In this document: positions 1-11,490 of the stretch, one piece after another
How positions within the stretch are numbered: position 1 is the stretch's first letter
How the letters are laid out: every line of letters starts with the position of its first letter
Assembly: GCF_001447785.1 (NCBI RefSeq)
Contig: NW_015168098.1
Location: forward strand, 126,789-190,788
Source: Gekko japonicus
Taxonomy: Eukaryota
Direction of reading: 5' to 3'
Length of the DNA stretch: 64,000 bases
Notes under the pieces: generated by a model
Database searches by the model: none
Told to the model about the DNA's origin: nothing
Seen by the model: the letters and a program-made list of their open reading frames with translations, nothing else
Position numbers and translations under genes: made by a program

Positions 1-113
1 CAAAAGCTGTATCTTTTCTTCCACTTCCGTTGATTTTGTTGCCACTCCTTGTACTTCCTGTTTGAGCCCATCCATGTCTTGTTTAATCAAAGCTATCTCT
101 GTTGTCACCAACT
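1..113 (-). mobile_element. Probable L1-type ORF1 coiled-coil fragment; its 5' UTR may be the CpG-rich stretch at ~680-1360
   Basis: Minus strand translates as LVTTEIALIKQDMDGLKQEVQGVATKSTEVEEKIQLL, with a heptad/coiled-coil pattern typical of L1 ORF1. A CpG-rich stretch lies upstream on the same strand. Confidence 0.45.
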
Positions 114-429
114 NNNNNNNNNNNNNNNNNNNNNNNNNNNNNNNNNNNNNNNNNNNNNNNNNNNNNNNNNNNNNNNNNNNNNNNNNNNNNNNNNNNNNNN
201 NNNNNNNNNNNNNNNNNNNNNNNNNNNNNNNNNNNNNNNNNNNNNNNNNNNNNNNNNNNNNNNNNNNNNNNNNNNNNNNNNNNNNNNNNNNNNNNNNNNN
301 NNNNNNNNNNNNNNNNNNNNNNNNNNNNNNNNNNNNNNNNNNNNNNNNNNNNNNNNNNNNNNNNNNNNNNNNNNNNNNNNNNNNNNNNNNNNNNNNNNNN
401 NNNNNNNNNNNNNNNNNNNNNNNNNNNNN
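114..429. other. Assembly gap (N run)
   Basis: 316 consecutive N. Confidence 0.99.
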
Positions 430-679
430 CGCAGTTCGGCTCCGGGCCGGGATTGTGCCGGCGCAAGGGAGCGCCGGCGATCAGATGCCCGGATTGCAGC
501 GCGTCTACTCGTTGAACCACCGAGGTAGGTGGTGTCAACTTGAGGCGCTTTTTCCCGGGAAGGTCCAGTTCGGGGGCGGAAGCATGATGCTTCCCAGATG
601 TTGTGGTGTGATCGCGCTGGTTTGATCCGCCCCCGAACTGTCCTGCTCCTGGGCCAAATTGCCTCGTGTGAACAGGACC
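430..679. mobile_element. Harbinger-type MITE, right part (left part in gap); same family as 38606-39048
   Basis: gcttcccagatgttgtggtgtgatcgcg...cgtgtgaacaggacc matches the 38958-39048 end of the other copy. Confidence 0.65.
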
Positions 680-1371
680 ATAGTCGATCTTCTTCCGGTT
701 ACCAGACAGTCCACCGGGCCACTCTGTGCGATGTATTGATGGTTTTCTTCCTGTCGGAAGGCTTTCAACGTGGCAACAGGCATTCAAGACTCGCGATAGC
801 TTTCGTCAATTTCACTTTTGCTCACCACAGGAATGTTCAACAAAGTTATTTTTTAAGTGATTTTAAGAGTAATAAACACGGCTTTTTCCTCCAAAATTAC
901 ACCATCGGGATGCTAGATTTAATATCCGCTTGACCGCTATGTCAAAATGTCTTTTACTCCATTAAACGGTAAGCATATCTGTTATTGTTATCTCACACTT
1001 CTAAACTGGGGTGCACATTGCTTCTTTTCATCCAACTCACTGTTTTCCTTCCCCAAGAGGTCGGCTGATGGTGGGTTTATGCTGGAATTCCAGCTCGAAC
1101 AGCTTCTGTAGTGATGATCTGCTTCTGCCCGCTTCGTAGAAGGAGTTCAAAGAGTGAAACATGCCCCCTCCGGGACATAAATCATTCTGATCTCAACTTC
1201 TGCTTGGGCACTGCTGCATTCTTGGCTCCCCCCCGCACGGAGGGGTGCTGCGTTGGGCTGTAAATAACCCAAGCTGTCGAAAGAAGCTGTCGCCCGCCCT
1301 GAGCAATTTCAGGACGCGTCAGCCGTCCATCAAAGCTCGACCGGATGCCGGGAAGAGAAGTTTATTTTTGA

Positions 1372-3180
1372 CAAGTCGTGTAATCCCTTCTATGACCATA
1401 TATTTTTTTGGAAAAGGTATATTGACGACATCATCTGTCTTTTTAGAGATGAAAGTAAATTTCAGCAATTTTATGTATGGCTAAATTCATTGCATGCCAC
1501 TCACTATCAAGTTTACTGAACATCATCACCATCATTACATCAACTTTCTGGATGTGCTCATTACCATCAGTGAGAATAGAACATTATATTTCAAGACATT
1601 CTGTAAGAGCTCTGATAAGAATCCCTTTTTAAAATATGACTCTTATCATTCACCTCAATTATGCAACAACATACCATATGGACAATTATTGAGACTTAAA
1701 AGAAATTCTACACTTCGCTCTGATTATGAGCAGGACTCTAAGAAAATGATGGGTCAATTCTTAGACAGGGGGTACCCAGAACACATAGTCTATTCTGCTT
1801 TCTCTAGAACTAACAAAATAAATAGAATGTCCTTATTGCAGAACAAAGCCAAAACAGATAGTAATCACATTCAGTGTACTTTTCAATATAATCTCTTAGA
1901 AAAACCTATAAAAGCTATTATACTAAAGCATTGGCATTTACTCAGTGAGGTTCCAGGGTGCACCTGGACTCCTTTAATAGGTTTTAGAAGCACCAGAAAT
2001 TTAGGAGATGTTTTGGTCCATTCTGATATGAGTAGACAACATAATACAGTTCCAGTCAGAGTGGGACACTTTAAATGTGGGGAAAGTTGTAATGTGTGTT
2101 CACTATCAATTGAAGGTTCTGTTTTCCAGCATCTCACTAGGTCAGAGCAAGTGAAGATTAATCATTTCAGTAATTGTAATACCTCTAAGGTGGTATATGC
2201 CTGTGTATGTGTATATAAATTGGTCTACATAGGAATCAGTACAAGACCTATAAAAATTCACATTCAGGAACATCTCTCTCGCATTAGGAACCAGGTGGAG
2301 TCTGCTCCAATGGTTGCCCATTTCAAAACTGCCGCACACAAACCAGAAGATTTTAAGTTTATGGTATTGTTTCATTACAGATCACAATCCTATAATCAAG
2401 TGGATATATCCCGGGTTTTATTACAAAGAGAAGCTGAATTTATCTTCAGGCTACATACACTGATGCCATCAGGATTAAATCAGGAATTAGACTTGAGTTC
2501 TTTTCTGTAAATGATCAGGGTACCTTTAAGATAGAACATGCCATCTTAAAACATAACACCTGTTGCAGCCTACAAATTTTCCATTGAGACATTGTGCCAC
2601 ACTGAGGGAAGCTTAGCCAATTATTATATACTGTAGACCTTGTCACATTAGAGCTTGCTATAGGAGCTCCCCAGTCACCAGGTTGGTAAATTTTAAAATG
2701 TTTTCTTTATTTTGAATTATCTTTGTATATGTTGTCACTGAAGGACTGTGTAATACTCATTGTGCTTGTCTGCTTTTTTCTAGAATAAGTGCGGTAGCGT
2801 ACATAAAAAAATTGTATAAGAATTAACATTTTGAAATATGGGTGAGTTTATGAATTGTAAAATGCTCCTCTATATATTAATTTTATGTTTGTGGTTATTA
2901 AGCATGTTACACTCCATTGCAGCTTGCAGCACTTCATTCTAATGAAGATATAAGTACAGAATGACAAACCTGAAGAAGGACTCGCAAATGGACAGTGTAC
3001 TAGAACTCCGTCATTTGTCTACAACTAGTACTGTAATATTCTATATGTACTGCTTAGCTTTATATTGTATATTATAGTGTTATGGTTGTAATTTTGTTGA
3101 TAATTGAATTCTAAAACATTGCAGATAAAAATCAACTTATATTGTTTATTTGTACACAGTGATTTACTGTTTTACTGGAT
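1372..3180 (+). mobile_element. 5'-truncated Penelope-like retroelement (Neptune-type) with 3' pLTR-like region
   Basis: RT motif WKRYIDD (YIDD at 1418-1429), then a frameshift caused by a CACT duplication near 1500, then ORF 1494-2510 with thumb, Cys-rich linker (CGESCNVC..NCNT) and GIY-YIG endonuclease (VVY..YIG..R..EH...E...GLN). Confidence 0.9.
1494..2510 (+). pseudogene. Penelope RT C-terminus plus GIY-YIG endonuclease ORF remnant
   Basis: ORF track: FLDV, YHSP..NIPYGQLLRLKRN, RGYP, GIY-YIG motifs; disconnected from the YIDD frame. Confidence 0.88.
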
Positions 3181-3402
3181 TTTTGAAACTAAGCAGGGGT
3201 TGGTCCTGATTAGTATTTAAATGAGAAAATGGTTTGCTGTGTAGAGGCAAGCAATGGAAAACCATCTCTGTTAACATCTTGCCTTAAAAACCATTGGTGT
3301 CACCATATTTGGCTGAAAGGATGTTAAGGCATCAAGCCGTGGACAGCCTGCTCTTTCACATACTGCAGCATCTAAGATGCAATACAAGAGGACAGCCATG
3401 TC

Positions 3403-3580
3403 CAATGCTCCCTCTAAGCTGTGGAGTCTTGTGAGCATTAAAGCTGTGAGCGAGCGATTTGGCTACTGCATAAATTAGTTTGTTCTGGAGCCAACCTTCC
3501 TGAGCTAAGACAAAAATGTGTGAGCCGGAGCGAAAAGACTGTGAGCCAGCTCACACTAACTCAGCTTAGAGGGAACAGTG
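3403..3580 (-). mobile_element. hAT-type MITE
   Basis: TIR CAATGCTCCCTCTAAGCT / AGCTTAGAGGGAACAGTG; 8-bp TSD GCCATGTC/GCCATGTA. Confidence 0.85.
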
Positions 3581-3606
3581 GCCATGTATTTCTGCTCTAT
3601 CATGAG

Positions 3607-3769
3607 CACTGTTCCTTCTAAGCTGAGTTAGTGTGAGCTAGCCCACAGTTCTTTAGTCTCTGACTCACACATTTCTGTGTGAGTCACTAATGTATGCAGT
3701 AGCCAAGTTGCTCGCTCACAGCTTTAATGCTAGTAGCTCACAAGACCCCACAGCTTAGAGGGAGCATTG
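3607..3769 (+). mobile_element. hAT-type MITE (inverted sister copy of 3403-3580)
   Basis: Same TIRs; perfect 8-bp TSD ATCATGAG at 3599-3606 and 3770-3777. Confidence 0.88.
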
Positions 3770-4172
3770 ATCATGAGCCAAAAGAATTTTCAACGTCTTG
3801 TCTTTCAGTGCAACCAAAGACGGGCTGTTGCAGAGTAGATATGGCAGTGTATAGAGAAGGGGCAGAAGGAAGCGACCCAGGCGGTGATCACAATGAAATG
3901 CTACACATATGGACTTATTTTTGCCTCTAAAAGTTGTGTGGTGTAGTACCGCTCCCCCCTGCCTTCCAAAACATCAACAATTCTCACGACTGGATAAGAA
4001 AGCCCATGTGTTCTGCAAACAGAGAAGTCCTCCTAAGATTCAGAATGTGATGTCTAAGGAGGGGTTGTTGAGTTGAACCAATCTCACCCCTTGTTTCGTT
4101 GAGTACTCTGTCACTGGCAGAAAGAAATGAGCAAGTTTAGGAAGAAAGGGGGGGGGGAGAATAATTCCTTAC

Positions 4173-4444
4173 TGTGGAACCCCGAACAACTTCTCAGCCG
4201 GATGTTCATCAAAGAGTAGTTCCTGAAAATGGTAAAAGATCTGAGATGAAATCCCACCAATGAGAAGATCTCCTGGCTGGTACCACTCATGTGGAACAGG
4301 GAGGGGATCCTTCATGGGGCACTGAGGAATAGCTCCTTGGCATGTTATGGGAGATGGAGGGATCACCAGTACTATCCCCAACAACACTGTGGAACATAGC
4401 TGGTGTTTGGACACAGCGTCACCTGTGACCAATTTCAGCCTCAT
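4173..4444 (-). CDS. Vomeronasal type-2 receptor (V2R, class C GPCR), exon 1; remaining exons not seen, presumably left of the window
   Basis: Hydrophobic signal-like stretch, then C..C...DPLPVPHEWYQPGDLLIGGISSQIFY typical of squamate V2R N-termini; the frame ends at a canonical GTAAGG donor (4172-4167 on minus). Confidence 0.82.
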
Positions 4445-4892
4445 CCTGGGTCAGTCAGGCTATCTTGAGGTGGCACCGGAGTCTGCAGATACTTCGACCA
4501 GCTTTTTAAAAAGAACCTTCTTCATAGTTCTAGCTGCATTCCCTGAATGCTGGTTGAGAGAGCAAGTACTCCCATTGCAAGCCTGGCTTCACTAAGCACA
4601 TGGCAAGAGATGGAAATGACCAGAGCCCTGTTGATCCGAGTCCCTTTTCTCAGTGGACAGTGGGAGGGATAGTTATAACCCTGTCTAGATTTTGCTCATT
4701 CCAGAAGTAAGTGAACTTCAGCCATGGAAACAGATTACAGTGATTTAGATAATTACAGATTGTGCTGATATAACTGGAGGAGGATACAGCTGTTAAGTTT
4801 GGCCTCAGAACGGCACCTTTGGTAGCAGAGAATTTTGTTTTTAGAACGACTGATCAACAGCCTCCTTAGCGGGAAAACTGGCTAGAGACAAT

Positions 4893-5149
4893 GGTCCTTT
4901 CTACACTTGGATCTCATCCCTGGTTTTATCAGAGTTCAACTCGCGACACAATACCTTGCATTTATCCCTGGTTATAACAGCATCCGTTTATCCCGGGACA
5001 AGTGTGGGGCAAAACTGGGGTGACCTCAATGTAATGTGGAAACAAAAAAATACCCTGAGATAATTACAGGGGTGAACTCGTGTGTAGTGTAGAATGTAAG
5101 TTTGGGGACAGGGTTGAACCAGGATTTAAGGTCTAGTGTGGAAAGGACC
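4893..5149. mobile_element. Harbinger-type MITE
   Basis: TIR GGTCCTTTCTACACT / AGTGTGGAAAGGACC. Confidence 0.75.
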
Positions 5150-5323
5150 AAACACTAACAAAATCCAAAGGAAGTTTAGAAAACTTGTTAAGGGCTGAAA
5201 GTTAAAAACCAAAATAGGTATAGACAAAAGTGTGTTTATTTGAAAGACATATAAAAACCTTGTAAGGGCCCAAATCAAGCCTCATAAAATGTTTAAAGGG
5301 ACGAATGCACAAAGAACAGTGTA

Positions 5324-5367
5324 TGACCTGATATGTTTTGGCTCACAAGAGCCTTCTTCAGAGGTCA
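5324..5367 (-). ncRNA. Degenerate minimal type-I hammerhead ribozyme (Penelope pLTR remnant)
   Basis: Minus strand: TGACCT-CTGAAGA-A-GGCTC-TTGT-GAGCC-aAAA-CATA-TC-AGGTCA; perfect stems I and II, but G12 is changed to A at a CpG. Confidence 0.65.
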
Positions 5368-5609
5368 AATAATACAGAGTACAAAATACACCATGAGACA
5401 AAGTCCCCGTTACACATGTTAGGCAGTAAACAATTAATACAGGACCAAAAATTCAATGTTCCAATCTGGAATTGAATGACACACTGAAAGATTTTTATTT
5501 GTGGGGACACAAATGTATCTGACCTTGTGTCAGAAATAGTTGCATATACTGGAAATAATATTAGTACCAATATGTACCTTTCAGTTTAGGTCGTAAGAGT
5601 GCAAGTAAA

Positions 5610-5822
5610 ATTGCCTTATCAGGCTGTTACCTTCCCACCAAAGTGGTACCTATTTATATACTTGCAATTTCTTGCTTTCGAACTGTTAGGTTGGCAAGAG
5701 CTGGAACTAGAGATGGGAGCTCACTCTGTCATGCAGCGCACTCGGGTCTCAAACTGCTGAACTACCGACCTTCCACAGCCTGCAGTCCAGCGTCTTAACC
5801 ACTTGAGCCACCGCAGCTCCAT
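5610..5822 (-). mobile_element. Sauria SINE (Squam1), partial
   Basis: Matches the distal part of the 57732-58082 copy (gctgttaccttcccac...gagccaccgcagctcc). Confidence 0.85.
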
Positions 5823-6174
5823 AACAGTGTACTTTGTACCATTTGACACTTTTATCTATACCTATTTATGTTTTTAACTGTTGGCCCTTAACAAGTTATG
5901 CAAATTTCCTTTGGAGGGTTTTGCTTGGTTGGTTTAGTTTTTCTTCCCCTCTTGTTGTGGATAGAGACAAACAGTAGCCTGAAACCATTTGCTTGATGTT
6001 GGACATAATTCATTACTTGATTTACTTGTAGCATGAGCCTAAAAACAGAAATAAACTCCACCGAGCACAATCTGGCCAACTCTAGATCCTACCTATCCAT
6101 TACAATGTCACCCCTGAAACATAGACCACTGGCAAGATCTAGTTTTTATCCAGCACTTGCGTTCAGTCTTGCTG

Positions 6175-6555
6175 TGGTAAGAACAGGTGGCCTACTTTAC
6201 CAGGGGTCCCCTTTATGTCCTGCTGAGTGGGCAGGTCACTGGACTGGGCATCATCTTCTTGAAGGTGTGCTGTGGCCCCCACAGCTCTCCTCTCCAGCCA
6301 GCCAATCAGAGGCCTGGTCAGAGTCCCTCCTGAGAGGGACCAGGCAGGTGGTCCTCAGCTGTCCAGTCTTCAGTCTGGTCTACTGACCGGGTACAAATCC
6401 AGCTACCCAGTGTGCCTCGGATTGCATTTGTCTTTGGCAGCATGGGTAGGTTTGGATGGTGCCACTTTCCCCCTTCTCCTGGGCTGACCCGAACTCTCTG
6501 CCTCCAGGATGGGCTGGCCACCCTTTCTAGGATATCTGAGCCCATCCCTCCTACA
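6175..6555. mobile_element. Possible solo LTR
   Basis: GC-richer block ending ...cctaca with gtgg on both flanks; 5' terminus imperfect. Confidence 0.35.
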
Positions 6556-7379
6556 GTGGAAGCTTAGAAAGTTCCTCCCATTGAGCTGATACAGTTAGAG
6601 CCCCCCCCCCAAAGATACACTTCCCTCAGATACCCCCTTGTGAGTTTGGCTCTGAACAATCACATTTAGAGAATAGAGTATGTCCTGGCTGAAAATGAGG
6701 AGGAGATCTTAGTCTACTCTAACTTCATCTTTTTCACAGATAACCCACCCTCCCTGTTCTAGAGGAATCCCGTCCATTGGGATGGTGACAAGTTCACCAG
6801 TGGCACTTTTATGCTGCATGTCAAGTTGGATATAATATCAAAGTCAGAAACCATGCCATGAGACACTAGGGAGATTGAGGTTCCCATGTCTGCAACCCGC
6901 TGGTCCACTGACCCTGAGAAGAATGGCTCCCTGCAAGCTCCCCCCCCAACTTCTGCTGTTCTGACAATGGACGTAAAGTGGCACTGATGATCTACCACCA
7001 TCACATGCTCCTCTTTAAAATTTTGAACACCTGGTGCTTTTGGAGAGGGTTTAGAAGTTGCATCTTGTAATTGTGAACAGGACCGCTTAATGTGATATAC
7101 ACTTTATGCCATTAAAGTATATTTTCTGTCTTTGGATGGTTTAACTTAGTAGCCGTGATGGCGGGGGGGGGGTCATTGCATTTATTGGCATGTGTCACGG
7201 CAGGATATAGAGATGGAAACACTGAAGCTGCCCCTAGAGCATCGTGCAGAATCACAGGGCTGCCAAATGGATAGGGGCCCTGACTTCGGTGCAAGGGATG
7301 ACATCCTTTGCCAGCACTAGGTTATGCTGTCTTTTCAGTCACTTGGTGTCTGCATTGTACTGTGTAAGAGCCTCCATCT

Positions 7380-7920
7380 CCACTTCTCAGCGTCCTCCAG
7401 TAATAGTACACCTCTAGTGAGGTGTGTGGAGGAACGCGACGGCGGCGTCGGTGGACACCAGCTGCAGTGGAGTACTGGCGGTGGAGGCGGCGTGTGCTTG
7501 GTAACGTGGCGGCGGCGGCAGCAGGCAACAGCAGCAGGGCCAGAGGAAGCGATCCCTGGTGGCCAGCAGCAGGAACAACAGGCGGCTGGCGTCGGCGGAG
7601 GTGGAGGTGCACGATAACATCATCTGGAGGCGTGGCAGAGCCCGAGGGATGCAGCCGAAGCCGGAGGAGGATGTGAGTCGTGTCGGTCTGCCTGAGCACC
7701 AGGAGGGACATCTAGCCGATGGACTACTAGTACTAGAGCCGAGCCGGAAAAAGAAACATCAGCCTCCACCTGGGTGCCGGTAGGCTGTCCCATCCCCTGC
7801 AAATGTGGCCCAAGTTAAGGTATAATATGCTTAGCACCCCACATGTAAACTGCCCAGAGAACCCCAAGGAGGTTAGGGTGGTATATGAAATCGAAGGTTA
7901 AATAAATAAATAAAATAAAT
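7380..7920 (+). mobile_element. GC-rich non-autonomous retroposon with L2-type tail and (TAAA)n
   Basis: Tail tgtaaactgcccagaga...gggtggtatat...aaataaataaat is shared with minus-strand copies at ~19145-19350 and ~25870-26090. Confidence 0.55.
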
Positions 7921-8471
7921 CTCTTCCCCTTTCAGCAGCACCCGAGTGGGCAGCATGGCTGTATTTCTCCCAGTGAAACACCACATGAGCAGCCCTGCTC
8001 ACACATCCATATACATGGTACTGAGTTCTTAGACTGACATCTTCCTATATTTCCCCCCCCTCTTATGAAGACTTGTTGAGAAACAGAGACTACAGCCCTT
8101 CACTGATTGTGGACACTGGACTGCACCTTTTCTCTGTAGGTCACTGAGCTTCGAATGTCGACTCATCACTCAAGCAATGAACTGCAGGCAAATACTGCCC
8201 CCATGGTAGTAGCACAATCACTAGCCAATACGATGCTGCAGAGTGAGGAGGCTAACATTTCACTCGTTATTTTTGCAGTAAATTTCGTGACAGGCAATAC
8301 AGGGATCGGATTTGCTGTTGCTCAGTGTAGCAAATTGCCTTTTTGGAATTTCCTTAGAGCAGGTTTCAGTGATATGATAAGCAATCCATATGATACGATT
8401 AGCCAATATTCGTGTTCCTACTGGACCTTTCTTCCCTATATTGAGCCCTCTGCCCTATTCCTCATGTTGTT

Positions 8472-8854
8472 CAGGGGTCATTTCATAGAAAAAGAGGTGC
8501 AGGAGCTCAGTAGCATAACTTATTAGCATAACTAATTTACATATACCACACCCCCTGACATCACCAGAAGTGTGTCAGAAGGCAACGCCCACCACTCAGG
8601 CTTCACTGGACTATTTCGGATTGCTAGCTATTGGGGGGGGGGGACGTGCAGATCTGTCCTCGCAGAGGAGGGAGAGCTTGTACCTGAAGACGGGCTGGGG
8701 CGGGCTCTGCAACTTACCTGGATGCTTCTTGATCCTTGTGGCCCAACTGAGGGCTGCTGGGAGCAGGGGGCAGGGCTTGTTGCATGTGCCCACCCCCTGG
8801 GCTCCTTACTGCCGGAGCTCCACTCCTGTGCGCTCCCGCAGGAAATGACCCCTG
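8472..8854 (+). mobile_element. hAT MITE (CAGGGGTCATTTC family)
   Basis: 13-bp TIR; 8-bp TSD ATGTTGTT/ATGCTGTT. Confidence 0.9.
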
Positions 8855-9019
8855 ATGCTGTTTAATACCATTCTAATCAAGAAGTTATTTTATTAAATGA
8901 AAAACAAGCCTAAGGGCGCAAAAGAGCCTAAACAAGGAAGACATACACACAGGAAACATAGTTCTTATTAGAAATTGTTCACAAGACGCCACGTTTCATA
9001 TGGTCAACACCTTATTAAT

Positions 9020-9542
9020 GGCAGAGTTCAGATTGGCAATGTGAAGCGCTAGGGAGTCGTGGCGAAGAAGACCCGGAACAGACCGGGAACAGCTTGTTCG
9101 TGGTATTCCCATTCACACTGCAGCGGGTGAAGTGGGAGAATTCCGTGGAGGAAGTGCACGGGAGCATTTGCACTGTTGGCCCGCCCTTGGTGGGCTGTTA
9201 GCGGCTGCTTCTGCACTCCACTGCATGCGCCTATGCGCATGGGCGCCTGCTGCGGAAACAGCCAGTGCCTATTATCAATGACTGCGGGTTGTTCCCACCT
9301 TAGCAGCACTTGCGTTCAGACATCAGGTAACCGGAATCAACCGGAATCAAGCTCTACACATGGTTTGCTACCACTTTCACTTGGTACTTTTTAAACTCGG
9401 GAGGGAAGCGGCACAAGACGGCTTGAGTACGGCTGGGGGGCGCCTGACAGATGTGCCTGTTTGAACCCACCCCTTTAAACCGCTACTGAAACGCTCCTGA
9501 AACGTTTGGCTGCCGGGCCAAACTCCCAGTCTGAACTTGGCC
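9020..9542. mobile_element. Harbinger-type MITE
   Basis: TIR GGCAGAGTTCAGATTGG / CCAGTCTGAACTTGGCC; 3-bp TSD AAT. Confidence 0.7.
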
Positions 9543-10466
9543 AATGACCCAGAGAAAAGGATCTTTTAGAGGGAATATCAATCTCAGACACTGTTTTCAA
9601 GTATTTCTTTGTGAGTCTTTGCCAGTTCCCTTTTCCTCTATATCCAGAATCATTAACTGGACGGTCTCTTCCATGGCAGAATGGGCATTTGAAGCTCAGT
9701 GTCCCAGGTCCTTGTCCTACACTCTAACCGCTATGCCACACGGGCTCTGTGTCATGATATAAATCATATATAGAGACAAGAGTTAGAACTAGTGAAGTCC
9801 CTTTCTCTGATAGCCCCACTTCATTTCTGAGTTTCACTGGGGCCTCAGCAACTGTTCAGGCTTCTCGGGTAGGCACATTTGGGAGCACTTGCCATTCTGA
9901 AAACTTGTCACAATGGTCAGTCTAGCAAAGTGCCATTCCAGTGCCACTGGTACTGAATCGCCAACTTAATAAGATACTCCCAAGTTGTGAGAGGTTCCCC
10001 TGACAATCTATGCAGAGCAACATCTATGTAGAACAACTTTGCGAAGCTTAACAACCTCCCTCCGGTACCTTTATAAAAAGCTTAAGCTGCCATTCTGTAG
10101 AGAGGATGAAAGCAAGATATGCAGCCACAACAAGACAAAAAGATTCTATGAATTGTCTCCATTGTCACTAATGCCAATATTAGATGGTAAGTGTAAATAC
10201 ATGATACTTGGTACATGGCACTTCATGGGATACCTCAAGATTCTCAATGACAAGATGTTTAATTGCACTTGGGGTATTACACGTAAACTGAACTGTTACG
10301 AAGACTGAGCATCCTTTGAACTCAGTTATAAATTAAATGTCTCTCTCATAAAAAGTGTTTCAACTTTGCATGCCCCTTAAATTCTGGTTCAAAAAAAAAT
10401 AATCTACTCCACTTGTATACATTTATGTGGCATTTCTATGGCGCCTTTCACTTCTTTTTATGTGGT

Positions 10467-10503
10467 GCTTTGTTTGTTTGTTTGTTTGTTTGTTTGTTTG
10501 TTT
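10467..10503. repeat. (TTTG)n microsatellite
   Basis: direct reading. Confidence 0.95.
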
Positions 10504-10584
10504 TGGTAACTTGTAAGTTTTCTGTCTAAGCCCACTGTGCTTTATAGACAATACTAAAAGTAAAGTGAAATAATTTCTAGGGCT

Positions 10585-10672
10585 GCAAGGTTCAAGTCCA
10601 GTAGCACCTTAGAAACCAACAAGATTTCCTGGAGTATGAGCTTTTGGGAGTCAACGCTCACTTTGTCAGACA
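10585..10672 (-). mobile_element. Short Penelope-derived repeat with decayed hammerhead motif
   Basis: agtccagtagcacctta...gtatgagctttt...gtcaga is homologous to 57136-57229. Confidence 0.7.
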
Positions 10673-10699
10673 AAGGGAGTCCTAACCCTTGAATTTGTT

Positions 10700-10969
10700 C
10701 TCTCAAGGGTAGTTCTCAAAAGAGCTCTCTCAGCCCCACCTACCTCGCAGGCTGTCTGTTGTGGGAAGGGGAAGGGGAAGGAGATTGTAAGTGGCCCCAC
10801 TGCTGGACCTCCTTATGGCACCTGGTATTTTTGGCCACTTGTGTGACAGAGTGTTGGACTGGATGGGCCACTGGCCTGATCCAACATTCGCTTTTCTTAT
10901 GTTCTTATGTTCTGAGACTCCTTAGGGTAGTGAAGGGTGGGGTATAAATCTCTTCTTTTCCTCTTCTTC
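10700..10969 (+). mobile_element. tRNA-derived SINE (Squam3-like) 3' part, interrupted by a CR1 3' fragment (~10793-10912)
   Basis: ctcagccccacctacctc...gggtataaatc..cttctt SINE body; the insert ends in (TTCTTATG)n. Confidence 0.75.
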
Positions 10970-11490
10970 TGTTATATTTCTATGAGAAGGGTCTTACGAA
11001 AGGGCATCTTGTCCCGTCTCAAGCAAAGGGCGAACCTATGGTGTGCCTGGTCGCTTGGAAGGCAGAAAGGGGGCAGCTCTGAATCAAACAAACTTAAAAT
11101 AAGCTCTTTTTGGGCCCTAGATGCCGTAACTGCCTCTAATCTGTCAAAAAGCACCAGTTTGGGACAGTCTGGCAAATCTTTTGGCGGCAGCGCTTAGTTT
11201 AGTTTATTGTTAATCCAAATCATAGGATATAGTACATTAGAACGATCACCATTAAGGAAGCTGGTTTAGTTGCTTCTTTAAGTAGTTCGCTGATTAGAGA
11301 GTTACAAGAAAGGTTAACTTGTTAGGACTAATGGGATTTATAAGTGTCGGTTTGGTTCACCACTCACTGTAAAGAAGGTTGTTTATGACTTGTATGTAAT
11401 TGCTGTTGTGCTTTTTTGCTTTATGAATAAAAAATTTTAAAAAAATCAAAATGTGCCTCTCTTTGACTTCTAGGTGGTGTCTCAGCTCAA

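Noticed and set aside
49-787. Long ORFs spanning the first N gap (also 47202-47644)
   Set aside because: Artefacts of N runs and microsatellites
8155-8526. 123-aa ORF after an acceptor-like site
   Set aside because: No recognisable OR, V2R or TE motif, and it runs into a MITE
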